Below the pieces are notes generated by a model. That model did not search any database, was not told where the DNA came from, and saw only the letters and a program-made list of their open reading frames with translations. Shown one piece after another: positions 38,648-48,622 of a DNA stretch of 64,000 nucleotides. The first letter of the stretch is position 1. Every line of letters begins with the position of its first letter. The DNA is from a virus, in the IMG/VR virus record IMGVR_UViG_3300019776_000252, positions 10,704-74,703 of that record. One strand, written 5' to 3'. The position numbers and the translations under genes were made by a program.

Positions 38648-39388
38648 TTAACCAAACAAACTGGTTGTAGGCTTCTTGGTTGCCGCTGCAGCAGCCAATC
38701 CACCTACTTTGGGAACTCCAGCAGTACCAGAAGCTCCTTTAGACTTATCCTTGGTCTTACCAGCCCACTTGGTTTCCCAAGTATTAATGAAAGATGCTTC
38801 TTCTGCTTGAGCACGAATCTCAGCAGTAGTCATCTTATCCTTGGCACGGAAGAACTTATCCACTTCGTTCTCATCACGAGTTTCACCAGTGGCTACATAA
38901 GAACCATCATCAGCTTTCTTGGTTTTATCTACTGTTTGTTTCAGCAAGCCAATGATGACTTCCTTACCAATCAGGTCAACCAAGACTTCAGCTTTAGTGG
39001 GTACTTCAGCTTTGGCTTCAGGGGAGTACAGCTTGATTACCTTGGTTTCGGTATCCATAGCTGCAACTTCCTTACCTACTGTCAGCAGGCACAGGCTATT
39101 AGCGTGCAGGAAACCAGGCAGATACTTCTTCTCACCGTTCTTGTCGGTGTAGTAATTCAATCCACCTTTGGCTGTACCAGAGTTCATCCAGAAGGTTTGA
39201 CGGAATTCACGACCAGATTCGGTTTTGAAAGTGGCTACCAAGCCAAGAGCACCACTAGAAGCTTTATTAATATAGGCCATAGTGATTGTGGTGTTATAGA
39301 TACCAGATTCCAGAGGACCGGCACTACCTACGGAATCCTTTTCGTCTTCAATAGATGCATCGGTGGAGAGGTTTGCGAGTAGAGACAT
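38648..39388 (-). CDS. ssb: Single-stranded DNA-binding protein (N4 gp45-like)
   Basis: YY.DKNGEKKYLPGF, GETRDENEVDKFF, C-terminal SLFG; synteny. Confidence 0.9.
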   Translation of the reverse strand: MSLLANLSTDASIEDEKDSVGSAGPLESGIYNTTITMAYINKASSGALGLVATFKTESGREFRQTFWMNSGTAKGGLNYYTDKNGEKKYLPGFLHANSLCLLTVGKEVAAMDTETKVIKLYSPEAKAEVPTKAEVLVDLIGKEVIIGLLKQTVDKTKKADDGSYVATGETRDENEVDKFFRAKDKMTTAEIRAQAEEASFINTWETKWAGKTKDKSKGASGTAGVPKVGGLAAAAATKKPTTSLFG

Positions 39389-39438
39389 GTAATATCCTTT
39401 ATTTAGGTTTACGGGTTGGGAGATGGATTGTAGATAAC

Positions 39439-40164
39439 TTAAGCGTAATAGTCTTTAAGTTTATTCAAGACTAATTGCATATTGTTATCAATGAAGGTTT
39501 CCTTGGTTTCAAATAAACCAAGTGGACCACGTAGGCGCTCATTAACTGTATCTTTAGTCAGTTTGCACTGATAAACATATTTAAAGCCAAGAGCTTCTTC
39601 TTCTGGAGTAATGTTCAGAAGTGGAGAACCATAGTCCTTGAGAGTTTTAAGTGGTACTTTCTTGGAAGAAATTACTACTGTGAAATAACTCTCAAGTCCG
39701 TTGTTCTTAAGTGCTCCTTTGACAGGCACTTTTGTTTCCATAACCATCTCAGATTCATTAAGTGTGTCTAGAGTATGGGCAATGAAGATAACGTTCTTAG
39801 TGGACTTAGCTACATGCTGTTGCATCAGTGTTTTAAAGTACTGAGCAAACTGTCCCCATGCTTGCATGGTGTTAGTAGATGGAAGGACATAGACAGACTC
39901 ATACATATCCAGTAGATATGTGAGACTATCAACCACAATAGTGTGGATTCCATCCATCTCTTCAGCTTTATCAAATGCTTCCAGTACTTGCAGAGGATCA
40001 GTGATCACAAACTGCTTGAACTTAGCATTGAATGGAAGCTTCTTACCTGCTTCACAGTTGAGGTACATAACACCTTCTGGTTTCTCCAGCCCCATGAGAG
40101 AGGCTGATTTACCAGTAGCTGATTTACCACACAACAGAACTAGATGATCGTTAAATTGGCTCAT
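39439..40164 (-). CDS. AAA_24 / Sak4-like ATPase (N4 gp44-like)
   Basis: G.SATGKS Walker A, IVVDSLT Walker B, ERLRGPLGLF. Confidence 0.88.
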   Translation of the reverse strand: MSQFNDHLVLLCGKSATGKSASLMGLEKPEGVMYLNCEAGKKLPFNAKFKQFVITDPLQVLEAFDKAEEMDGIHTIVVDSLTYLLDMYESVYVLPSTNTMQAWGQFAQYFKTLMQQHVAKSTKNVIFIAHTLDTLNESEMVMETKVPVKGALKNNGLESYFTVVISSKKVPLKTLKDYGSPLLNITPEEEALGFKYVYQCKLTKDTVNERLRGPLGLFETKETFIDNNMQLVLNKLKDYYA

Positions 40165-40172
40165 TGGATTCC

Positions 40173-42314
40173 TTATCGTTTAGCCATGTTTTTAGAGACA
40201 GTTACCATGATGGTCGAGATAATTTCTGCTTCACTGAGCTTGTCAGGTATCTTGTCATTCAGGTGCATAACCCTAGACCGAATACCATCAAAGTCAAAGC
40301 CAGCATCCATAAGGATCATGGCGTAACGAAGCAGCATATTGTTTCGGTTTCCATCACCGATGTTATTGATTACCCAACGCTCCAAGTTATCCATAGACTG
40401 TTGGGAGTCCAATAACTGTTTACGTTCTTCATTCTTACTGGTTTTAGGAATGAAGGGTAGGGCATCCAATACTTCACCATCGTTGTACTCAAAGTAACCT
40501 TCATGAGTTAACCACTTACGTGCTCTTTGGTTAGTAGCTTTATCCACTTCAAATGGAAGCCACTCAAAGATATTGCTCATGAATTCTTTGTAGTCCTTGG
40601 CATCAAGCTGCAACTCATAATTGATAGGCATGATGATTCGGAAACGATTCTCTTCTGCTGTATGACGCTTAGTTGTGTAAATAAGGAACTTGTAATTCCT
40701 CATGAGCAACTTCACAGTGCTCAGATTTACTCCACCATCCACGTCAATAACTACCAGATTGAAGCCAGGAATACAGTTTTCCTCATTCCTGTAACCACCA
40801 TTAAGGTGATGTGCTACCCAGTGCATTCCATTGGCTTGAGTCAACTTATGCAGTTGATCAAATGGAGCACGCTCATTCCGATAGTCAGTGGTGATATCAG
40901 AGCTGTAGCTCAGTACCATCTTGCTCAGATCAGTCTCTTTCAGAGTCTCACCACGCAAGAACTCAATACCATCAGCAAAAGATTTCTTGATGATGATATT
41001 GTTCTTGTAACCGTAAGCAATAGCCAATGAGAGCATTTCTGCTTTCTGGCTTTGTGCTCCACGATAGAAAGGCAAGTCATCAACCAGATCAGCCTGAGTA
41101 ATATCAGCCTTCACTGTGGCAATGTACTTAGCCAGTTTTACATAGTTACGATCACGAGTAAGCAGACGATTAAAAGCAGCGCCAGACTCTTCTGCAAGCT
41201 TGATAGCATAGTAAAGGTGTCTTTCAGTAAGTTCAGGAGATTGATCAATAAAGGCATAGGCTCCAGCCAACTTCAATGCCTTGAAGTAGCGGTGAGCAAT
41301 TTCAGCTTTCTTGATTTCCTCATGCTCTGGATACTGAGCAGCTTCACGTTCACACTTAAGACGGTACTCAATCAAGGTAAGGGTAGTTTCCTTGCTGATT
41401 ACTATCTTCTTGTTGACGTTTATTACGTCAGCCAAGGCTTCTAGATTGTCAGATAACGTGTCCAAGAAGCTATCGTCATCAGTGCTAGTAATCTGGTTAT
41501 AGATTTCTTCCTTGGTTTGGTTCAGAGCATTGGTTGAATGCCGTGAATAACCAAAGAAGCATCTACGTGCATAACCAGTTTCAAGTAATGAATAGAGTTC
41601 CTCTTCATTCTTTCCACCATTAAGCAACTTAGCAGGAGTACCGAACATCAGAAGATTAGCTGGAGTACGTCCAATAATCTCTTCTGTACGTGTATTGTCT
41701 GAACCAGACTTGGTAAGCTTCTGCTTAATAGCACCTACGTCATACAACTCCAGATAGGTGTTGAATGCTTCAATGCTTCCAGACAGGTTAGAACCAATCT
41801 CATCAATGAGCAGGTTCATAGATCCTGCATCTGCCATAAGAAGCTTATGGCGCATCTGCTTGATAGCTGGTGAGGTAGCTTCAGAGAAACTAAACAACAT
41901 TGCTCCAATGTTGTCGTACTCTTTCTGTACCTTAACCATCTCTTCATCTGGATCAGTGCCCTTACGGTTAGCACGCTTCAGAGCAATCTTTGGAAGATTC
42001 TGTTCAGCCAAGATCGGAAAGGTTTCTTCCAGAAATCGTTGACGAAACTGATTGATCACTCGGTTTTCAATGATGTTGGTAGACTTTCCTTTGCCTGCAC
42101 CTGAACTCATCAAGTTCAGTGCATACATGTTTACAGGAACGTCCCCTTGATCATGGGTGCTAATAGACGCTCGCATCGAAGATGCAACCAGACTAAAGTA
42201 AAACCCTACCAATACCCGAAAGAACATCGGGTTACTGTTCTGGGTTTTATTACAGAGAATATTCGCCAACTTCTCAGACGTTGGGTGATATTCCATCTCA
42301 TCAACGGATATCAT
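40173..42314 (-). CDS. DNA primase (N4 gp43-like)
   Basis: SGAGKG, DEIG, IDVD, YTTKRH and GNRNN (PriCT-like) motifs. Confidence 0.9.
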   Translation of the reverse strand: MISVDEMEYHPTSEKLANILCNKTQNSNPMFFRVLVGFYFSLVASSMRASISTHDQGDVPVNMYALNLMSSGAGKGKSTNIIENRVINQFRQRFLEETFPILAEQNLPKIALKRANRKGTDPDEEMVKVQKEYDNIGAMLFSFSEATSPAIKQMRHKLLMADAGSMNLLIDEIGSNLSGSIEAFNTYLELYDVGAIKQKLTKSGSDNTRTEEIIGRTPANLLMFGTPAKLLNGGKNEEELYSLLETGYARRCFFGYSRHSTNALNQTKEEIYNQITSTDDDSFLDTLSDNLEALADVINVNKKIVISKETTLTLIEYRLKCEREAAQYPEHEEIKKAEIAHRYFKALKLAGAYAFIDQSPELTERHLYYAIKLAEESGAAFNRLLTRDRNYVKLAKYIATVKADITQADLVDDLPFYRGAQSQKAEMLSLAIAYGYKNNIIIKKSFADGIEFLRGETLKETDLSKMVLSYSSDITTDYRNERAPFDQLHKLTQANGMHWVAHHLNGGYRNEENCIPGFNLVVIDVDGGVNLSTVKLLMRNYKFLIYTTKRHTAEENRFRIIMPINYELQLDAKDYKEFMSNIFEWLPFEVDKATNQRARKWLTHEGYFEYNDGEVLDALPFIPKTSKNEERKQLLDSQQSMDNLERWVINNIGDGNRNNMLLRYAMILMDAGFDFDGIRSRVMHLNDKIPDKLSEAEIISTIMVTVSKNMAKR

Positions 42315-42324
42315 GGATTTCCTT

Positions 42325-43299
42325 TCAAAGAGTTAAGTCACCTGTGTTAATCAGAATGTCTTTCTGACTGCACAGAGAAAAGCCAGAACAATACTTACAG
42401 GCAGTGACTTGACCAGGACACTCTTTAACAATACCTCGACCACCATCTTCTGCATTACGCAGCATGGCATCTTGTTTGTTATCGAAGTTCTTAGTACTAC
42501 GTGTCATCTTTTCAGGATTCTTGTAATACTTAAACACTGGTTCACTACGCCACAGATCTTCATCAGAGCACAATGGGATTTGCTCTTCTGGAGCATCCCA
42601 ATATTTCTCAATGAGAGCCAACTTATTCCGTACAAACAGATCTGTTTCCTGAATTGACTTCAGAGGCAAGATACGTTGCTGAATACGTTGTTGTGGGTAC
42701 TTAGGATCTGCCATTGCCTTGGCTTTACTCCAGTCAGTAAAGATGAACTGGATAGCCATGTCATCCTTAGTAATAATGTCTGGATTAAGCCAACGATAGA
42801 TACTTCCTTGAAGGATGTACTTCTCGTCATTGGTATTGTTCATAGCAGTGAAGGTTGAAGTAGATTTGAAGTCTTCTACTCGTCCATCACCAATGAAGTC
42901 AAACTTACCAGAGATGGTGTATTTACCTACCTTCTTATAGGAGCGCATCTCCATATAAATCGGTATTGAATCCTCAGTCAGTTGATCCTTCCTTGGATTG
43001 ATAATCACACGATCAATAATCTTCTGGGGATAACCCAGAGATTTCATTGCCTCTTCGTAATTAGTGCGCCAAGCACGTTCGATTCCATCATGAATAGCTG
43101 TTCCCATACGGGAAGCAACCATATTCACCAAGTCAATCTGAACATCATCAGTATTAACCCGACTACCCAAGATAGCTTGACGTAGTGGCTTAATCAATGA
43201 TGTGGCTGACAAGGTGTGCTCATCATGGTCATAGTGGTCTGTAGCCAAAAATACGGCTAGAGATAAGGGCACGGAAGATACATTCGCATATTTAGCCAT
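42325..43299 (-). CDS. PD-(D/E)xK exonuclease (N4 gp42-like)
   Basis: GTAIH, GKFD...DFKSTS, Q.SIY, C-terminal CxxC..C. Confidence 0.85.
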   Translation of the reverse strand: MAKYANVSSVPLSLAVFLATDHYDHDEHTLSATSLIKPLRQAILGSRVNTDDVQIDLVNMVASRMGTAIHDGIERAWRTNYEEAMKSLGYPQKIIDRVIINPRKDQLTEDSIPIYMEMRSYKKVGKYTISGKFDFIGDGRVEDFKSTSTFTAMNNTNDEKYILQGSIYRWLNPDIITKDDMAIQFIFTDWSKAKAMADPKYPQQRIQQRILPLKSIQETDLFVRNKLALIEKYWDAPEEQIPLCSDEDLWRSEPVFKYYKNPEKMTRSTKNFDNKQDAMLRNAEDGGRGIVKECPGQVTACKYCSGFSLCSQKDILINTGDLTL

Positions 43300-43338
43300 T
43301 GGTATTCCTTATTGAATCGGAGAGGCGCAAGGATTGCG

Positions 43339-43701
43339 CTACTCCGGTTTTGACTGCTCATTAAGTTCAAGCCAACGATTCAAAGTATCTCTGGCTTCCT
43401 TAATATCCTGGTAGACAGATTTGCCTCCAGTACGGACACCAGAAAGCAAAAGCTTTTTACTGGCGTGTTGAATACATCCAGAAGGGTCTTGGATGTTGAA
43501 GAGGAAATGGGTAGCGTAAACATCTATCTCAGTCAGTTCCCCTACGGACTTGTAGTACTTAGGGTATTTCTGAGACATTGTTTGAACTTCCATTCCTACT
43601 TCCTTACGGACGTTAGTAATGAAGTCACTCTCACATTCAGTACAGAAGTCATGATTGTTTTGAGTAATAGAAAAACAGCCTACAGATTTACATTTAGACA
43701 T
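43339..43701 (-). CDS. Phage protein with N-terminal Cys cluster and DUF3310-like C-terminus
   Basis: IDVY...F...HA.KKLL..G.R.G.KS..QDI.EA...L.R. Confidence 0.65.
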   Translation of the reverse strand: MSKCKSVGCFSITQNNHDFCTECESDFITNVRKEVGMEVQTMSQKYPKYYKSVGELTEIDVYATHFLFNIQDPSGCIQHASKKLLLSGVRTGGKSVYQDIKEARDTLNRWLELNEQSKPE

Positions 43702-43727
43702 TGGCTTCCCTTTGAATTGATATTAGA

Positions 43728-43812
43728 GATGGGCTATTGCTACTCGCTGCGTCTGGAACCATATTTCGGAACGATTAAGTCCCGCCAGCATCCGCTTTTG
43801 CAATAACCCATC
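43728..43812 (-). ncRNA. Candidate 85-nt structured element
   Basis: 13-bp closing stem with G-U on the minus strand and a nested inner hairpin; intergenic. Confidence 0.4.
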
Positions 43813-43833
43813 AAAAAGACAACCGGAGGTTGT

Positions 43834-45732
43834 TTAGATAATCTCACAGACGCCAGAAGTGCAAGCAAGTTCTCGCACACTGACTGTGGCATCATCTCTT
43901 TCAAAGGAACTAAGGGCATCCCAGTTGAAACTGGGCATACGTACCAACAGATCTTGATACTCTTCCAGAGTACATTCTGTATAAGGTGCTTGCTTATAGG
44001 TGTGATCACTGTGGGGCAAGAAACTTACTCCAGCAATCTTATTGAAGTTACGGTAAACCCAATCACCTACACCCAACCATTCATGGTCTTTGACATAAAC
44101 AGTAACACTAACGTTGTGCTCTGTCCAATTAGATTGGAACATCAGATAGTGATCCAATTGCTCAATGGCAGTACGATCATTACGGAATACTCCTAGCTCT
44201 GGTCCCTTCACAGGGAAGCTAAAAATATCTGTGCTTTCTGGTTTAGTAACACAGTCCTCTACTGGGAAGCCTTGTTGACGCATCAACTTAGCAAGAGGAT
44301 CTTTCTTATCTGCACGTACAGTACGAATGTAGTACTCAGAATAACGTGGATGAATGCCACTAGCACTATCAACCAACTGACTAACTGTTCCACTTGGTTT
44401 GACCGTAGTAATAGCTACTGACGGATTAATACCAAGTTTCTCAGCCCAGATCTTATTGGTTTCAATTGCATGTTGCTTCATTTCACGAAGCCAAGATGCT
44501 GCTTCTTCAGTAGTGTTAGACAGTACTGGGTGATCCATGATGCCTGTCAGAGATACACCAAGCAGACGTTCTTCTTCTTGGTTTTTCTTCCAGATATTCC
44601 GTACATAACGGAACTCAGTCAACATGGATTGATAAGTACCGATGATGGTAGCGATACGGACTTTCTCTTTCAGATCAGCCAACGTATCTCCAGCACGGAT
44701 AACCACTTCAGAGAGGTTACACAAGCCTGCAGAACGCAGAGTAATCTCAGCACAAGGATTTACACCAACTACTTTGGTGTGATCTCTACGACCTGTTTCA
44801 ATGGCTTTTTTGATAGCTGCTTCACGGTTGAAGATACCCCGTTCACCAGACTTAGACTCAATCAAAGACAGCCACTCCTTCATGAACAGTTCCATTTCTG
44901 GACGTTCTGTATAGGCTGCAGAATTGTTAGCCAGTGCTCGTTGTGGCTCATTAACCCACCACTGACCGGACTTAGCATGACGCATACGGTCATCACTAAG
45001 ATTGCTTAGGGAGATAAGAGCACTACGACGGACTCCACCAACCACTACGATATCTGCAATCTTGCAAACCAAGTCATGACATTCAACGCTTGTAAGCTTA
45101 CGTCCTGCTGCTCCCTTGAAGGTAGCAATTGCAAACTTGAATAGATCTATTAGTGGGGCTGGTCCAGATGCACGACCACCAAAGGTTTTGAGTTTCATGC
45201 CTGCTGCACGAACTTTGCTAGTGTCCCATTGCGGGATACTTCCAGAGTACAGTAAAGCCAAGAGTTCACGGAAGGCATTGCACCATCCAGCTTTACTATC
45301 TTTAACTACGATAGTGATATCAGTATTAGTGAAAGTTTCTGCTACTGTGGGTAGATTAGCAATGAACTGACGTTCAACACTGAATCCCATACCTGTTCCA
45401 CACATAAGCACATAGAGAATCTCATCAAAGGCACGTACATCATCAATAGCTGTAAATGCACAGTTATATCCTGCCATTGGATCACGCTCTAGTGCTGGTC
45501 CTGCTGTCATCAACGCTCGCATTGATGGCATGGTTTTCAGTTCATAGATGTGATCAAAGATCTCGTTGGCTGGATAGTGTGGAAACTTGTTCTTGAAATA
45601 GTTCACATAACGAAGAACTGTTTCTTCCCAAGTTTCTCTACGATTCTCGGAATCAATCCACCGTGCATAACGACTCTTATGCACATACTCTTGGAGGGGA
45701 GTTGGTAGTTGACCAGATGAAATAGCTGTCAT
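43834..45732 (-). CDS. nrdJ: Class II (adenosylcobalamin-dependent) ribonucleotide reductase
   Basis: PSMRAL, YNC, GGVRRSA, NPCAE, CNLSE, KPSGT, C-terminal CxxGxC; no beta-subunit gene nearby. Confidence 0.93.
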   Translation of the reverse strand: MTAISSGQLPTPLQEYVHKSRYARWIDSENRRETWEETVLRYVNYFKNKFPHYPANEIFDHIYELKTMPSMRALMTAGPALERDPMAGYNCAFTAIDDVRAFDEILYVLMCGTGMGFSVERQFIANLPTVAETFTNTDITIVVKDSKAGWCNAFRELLALLYSGSIPQWDTSKVRAAGMKLKTFGGRASGPAPLIDLFKFAIATFKGAAGRKLTSVECHDLVCKIADIVVVGGVRRSALISLSNLSDDRMRHAKSGQWWVNEPQRALANNSAAYTERPEMELFMKEWLSLIESKSGERGIFNREAAIKKAIETGRRDHTKVVGVNPCAEITLRSAGLCNLSEVVIRAGDTLADLKEKVRIATIIGTYQSMLTEFRYVRNIWKKNQEEERLLGVSLTGIMDHPVLSNTTEEAASWLREMKQHAIETNKIWAEKLGINPSVAITTVKPSGTVSQLVDSASGIHPRYSEYYIRTVRADKKDPLAKLMRQQGFPVEDCVTKPESTDIFSFPVKGPELGVFRNDRTAIEQLDHYLMFQSNWTEHNVSVTVYVKDHEWLGVGDWVYRNFNKIAGVSFLPHSDHTYKQAPYTECTLEEYQDLLVRMPSFNWDALSSFERDDATVSVRELACTSGVCEII

Positions 45733-45760
45733 TTCATTCTTTCATAAGGATGGGGAATAG

Positions 45761-45794
45761 AAAAAGCCAGTAATCCCACACGGAAGTACTGGCT
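45761..45794 (-). terminator. Terminator-like hairpin in the nrdJ leader
   Basis: Minus strand AGCCAGTA-N14-TACTGGCT then TTTT, about 30 nt before the nrdJ start. Confidence 0.65.
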
Positions 45795-45916
45795 CATACT
45801 GCAATTAATGCTTTTTGGTAGGCATTGACGGCAAAGTTGCTGTTTACTACGCTTAATTGGGATCGTGAGTTTAGCTGAATACTCCTTGAATAAGTTAACT
45901 TAACTAAGGTAAGTGG

Positions 45917-46654
45917 TTAATAATTGCCCTGTGTCAAGGCAGACCAGCTTACCGGATAAAGGGGTGCAATAATCTCATTGACCTGTTCTGCAAGCTCCTG
46001 AATCTCCTTTTGAGCATGAGAATCAGAGCGTTGGTTGTAGAAATTGGCAAATGCATAGAGGGAACCTGTCCATACCCAGTTAACTTCACAGCCTTGAGGC
46101 AGGAAGAATCTGGCTTGCTCTGGACAGACGTTATCTTCAATGGCTTGTAGATAAGCCTCTACCATGACACTGGTACGGTCAAAATACTCTGCCATCCAGT
46201 AATCGCTACGGATATGCTTTCCACCACTTCCTTGCTTAACTGATTCAGCAGCCTGACGGAAATGTTGTGGAATGTAGACCTTTGGTGCAGACTTAATGTA
46301 TCTGCGGGATTCCTCAGACTCTACAAAGCCAACCTTATGCTTGAAGCACTGGACTCGAATAGGAATAGGGGCTTCCATACGCAGAGAGATGTGTGGGTGT
46401 CCAAATGGAACCCAATGCTCAGGGATATTACGCAGGTAAATAGCCAGTTTCTTGGCTTCAATGGTATTGGTAATACCTACCAGGTCGTAAACCAGCTTAT
46501 CCCAATCTCCCGAAGCCATACCTCGGGCTAGGAATCGGATTAGATTGTTATTCTGTTCTTCAGTAAAGTTATCTGCTAGTGCTGCAAATGACTGTCGGGC
46601 ATAATTAGCTACATCTTTATCTGAGAGGTAGTGGTTTTCATAAACTGCTTTCAT
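45917..46654 (-). CDS. thyX: Flavin-dependent thymidylate synthase
   Basis: AR.SF, HWVPF.H, Q..KH......E.SRRY, PEQAR..LP, R....AQ.EI. Confidence 0.93.
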   Translation of the reverse strand: MKAVYENHYLSDKDVANYARQSFAALADNFTEEQNNNLIRFLARGMASGDWDKLVYDLVGITNTIEAKKLAIYLRNIPEHWVPFGHPHISLRMEAPIPIRVQCFKHKVGFVESEESRRYIKSAPKVYIPQHFRQAAESVKQGSGGKHIRSDYWMAEYFDRTSVMVEAYLQAIEDNVCPEQARFFLPQGCEVNWVWTGSLYAFANFYNQRSDSHAQKEIQELAEQVNEIIAPLYPVSWSALTQGNY

Positions 46655-46687
46655 AAATCCTCGGTTGGTTAGTTAAACGGTCAAAAG

Positions 46688-46704
46688 ACCACACGGAGTG
46701 TGGT
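46688..46704 (-). promoter_or_regulatory. C(GGA)G triloop hairpin upstream of thyX, candidate phage-RNAP promoter
   Basis: ACCACAC-GGA-GTGTGGT preceded by TCAAAAG, resembling N4 P2 architecture; at a divergent junction. Confidence 0.55.
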
Positions 46705-46716
46705 TAAGGAGCTATT

Positions 46717-48180
46717 GTGGCAAATCTTGTTTGCGGTATTGGGGATTGGAATGGTCCCAAGGCTGGAGACCCTTCCAATAATGTGACCCTAGGTACTTCA
46801 ACAGTACTAGGAGGTATCTATCTTAGCTGGAACTACCCTACAGTTAATCCACATGCAGTAGCACACACATTGGTTTATCGTGGCACTAATGGGACTTTTG
46901 GTTCAGCCATCAAAATAGCAGTAGCTGCAGGTAGTGGTTACTTTGACCGTATTACTGTAACTACGGATACTACTTATTACTATTGGATTCAAATAGTTTC
47001 TATTAACGGAACTACTTTAACTCCAATTGGTCCAGTTACAGGAGTTGCTATACCTCCTGCTGCCACATTATCTAATGATTTAAACCAACAGATTAATAGC
47101 AGCCTATTATCTGAAGAGTTAAGAACTGATATTGGTAATATTGAATTGCTAGGACATTCTCTTACTCAAGAGATTAAAGACCGTCTAGCAGCTAATCTAG
47201 CTCTTGGTAATACTATTACTGGTGTAGATGGTCGAGTACATAATGCACTTGCATTTATTGAGCAGGAAACCAATCAACGTATTACTGGTGATGGTGCTCT
47301 AGCTACTCGCCTAGATGTGATGGGTGTTGGCTTTGATACTGCTATGGCAGGCATTGCTGATCAATTCATTGTCAAAGCCACAGAGACTGAGGCTCTAGCC
47401 AAGAAGATCACTACTGTAGAAGCTACCCTAAACGGTAATACTGCTACAGGCGAGATTGGTTTGAAAGCAATTGTTTCAAACAATGCCAATAGCATGACTG
47501 ACCTTAGTAATGCTCTAGGCGATGTTACTGATGACGTTACTAAAGCATCTAACGATATTAAAGGCATCAATACTAAGCTTGCTTCTGTATATACAGTCAA
47601 ACTTAAAACAGTTAACCAAGCTACAGGTAAAACCTTATTTGGTGGTTTTGGTTTAGTAAATGATGGTACTACTGTAGATGCTGGTTTTAATGTTAATAAC
47701 TTCTGGATTGGTGACGTTAATAGCGTTGTTAAACCGTTTGTTGTTGGAAAAGATCCTAATACTAATGTAGATACTGTATTTATTGATACTGCAGTAATTA
47801 AAGACCTATCGGTTACTACAGCCAAAATTGGTAAGAACTCTATTACTATTCCTACTTCAGGATATAACGTTTGTTATCTTGATATGCCTTCAGACGGCAA
47901 AGTATTTGTAGTTGCTACAGCCAATATGTATGAGAATAGTGGTTCTGATGGAGGTGGGCTTAACTCGGCTTATTCCATACAACTAGATTGCCCTACTAAT
48001 GGTGAATCTGGTGGCTTTATGTGGGTACATGGAGCCAAAGCTAGGTGGTCTGTTGCCACTACCAGTTTTACATTTACTGTTCCCAAAGGTTCGCATACCT
48101 TCCAAATTTCTTATCAGAATTGGGGTGGTAACTTCTCTTTGAGTAATGCAGCCATGATTGCTATAGCGGTACTACGATGA
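46717..48180 (+). CDS. Tail fibre / host-specificity protein (FN3-like domain, coiled coil, gpJ C-terminus-like region)
   Basis: LSW...VYR...YYYWI FN3 pattern; KPF.V....VFID.A.I....VT.AKI; AAGGAG RBS with GTG start. Confidence 0.75.
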   Translation: MANLVCGIGDWNGPKAGDPSNNVTLGTSTVLGGIYLSWNYPTVNPHAVAHTLVYRGTNGTFGSAIKIAVAAGSGYFDRITVTTDTTYYYWIQIVSINGTTLTPIGPVTGVAIPPAATLSNDLNQQINSSLLSEELRTDIGNIELLGHSLTQEIKDRLAANLALGNTITGVDGRVHNALAFIEQETNQRITGDGALATRLDVMGVGFDTAMAGIADQFIVKATETEALAKKITTVEATLNGNTATGEIGLKAIVSNNANSMTDLSNALGDVTDDVTKASNDIKGINTKLASVYTVKLKTVNQATGKTLFGGFGLVNDGTTVDAGFNVNNFWIGDVNSVVKPFVVGKDPNTNVDTVFIDTAVIKDLSVTTAKIGKNSITIPTSGYNVCYLDMPSDGKVFVVATANMYENSGSDGGGLNSAYSIQLDCPTNGESGGFMWVHGAKARWSVATTSFTFTVPKGSHTFQISYQNWGGNFSLSNAAMIAIAVLR

Positions 48181-48602
48181 TTCACTATATTGAAGCAGAC
48201 TCACAAGGCAAGATCTTTAACTTTGGTAGTGCTGGTGGATTCAGTGATGCTGAGTCCTTCAAGAAAGTGCTTCCAACAGCAATTATTCTTGACACTCCAG
48301 TTTCTCAGCTAAACCAATACTATTGGGATGGTAAAGCTATCCAACCAATGGGTAGACAGCCTTCCCTGGCCCATGAGTTCAACTATGAACTCAAAGCTTG
48401 GGTTTTGAATGCTCAAACCCAATGGGAATTGGTCAAATCCAAGAGAAATGACCTATTAGCTGCTACAGATTGGCGAGTTATTAAGGCTCAAGAGGAAGGA
48501 ATCTCTCTAGATCCAGTTTGGATTGCTTATCGGCAAGCCTTACGAGATATTACTGAGCAACCAGATCCGTTTAAGATTGTTTGGCCTAATTCACCAAACT
48601 AA
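48177..48602 (+). CDS. Tail fibre assembly protein
   Basis: RN.LL.ATDW...W..YRQALRDIT.Q..P..I.WP..P. Confidence 0.88.
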   Translation: MIHYIEADSQGKIFNFGSAGGFSDAESFKKVLPTAIILDTPVSQLNQYYWDGKAIQPMGRQPSLAHEFNYELKAWVLNAQTQWELVKSKRNDLLAATDWRVIKAQEEGISLDPVWIAYRQALRDITEQPDPFKIVWPNSPN

Positions 48603-48622
48603 GATTAGTTTCGGATATGATT

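Noticed and set aside
45733-45916. Cobalamin riboswitch upstream of nrdJ
   Set aside because: Conserved GGGAA, GCCACUG and full B12-box elements are absent; kept only as an unassigned leader
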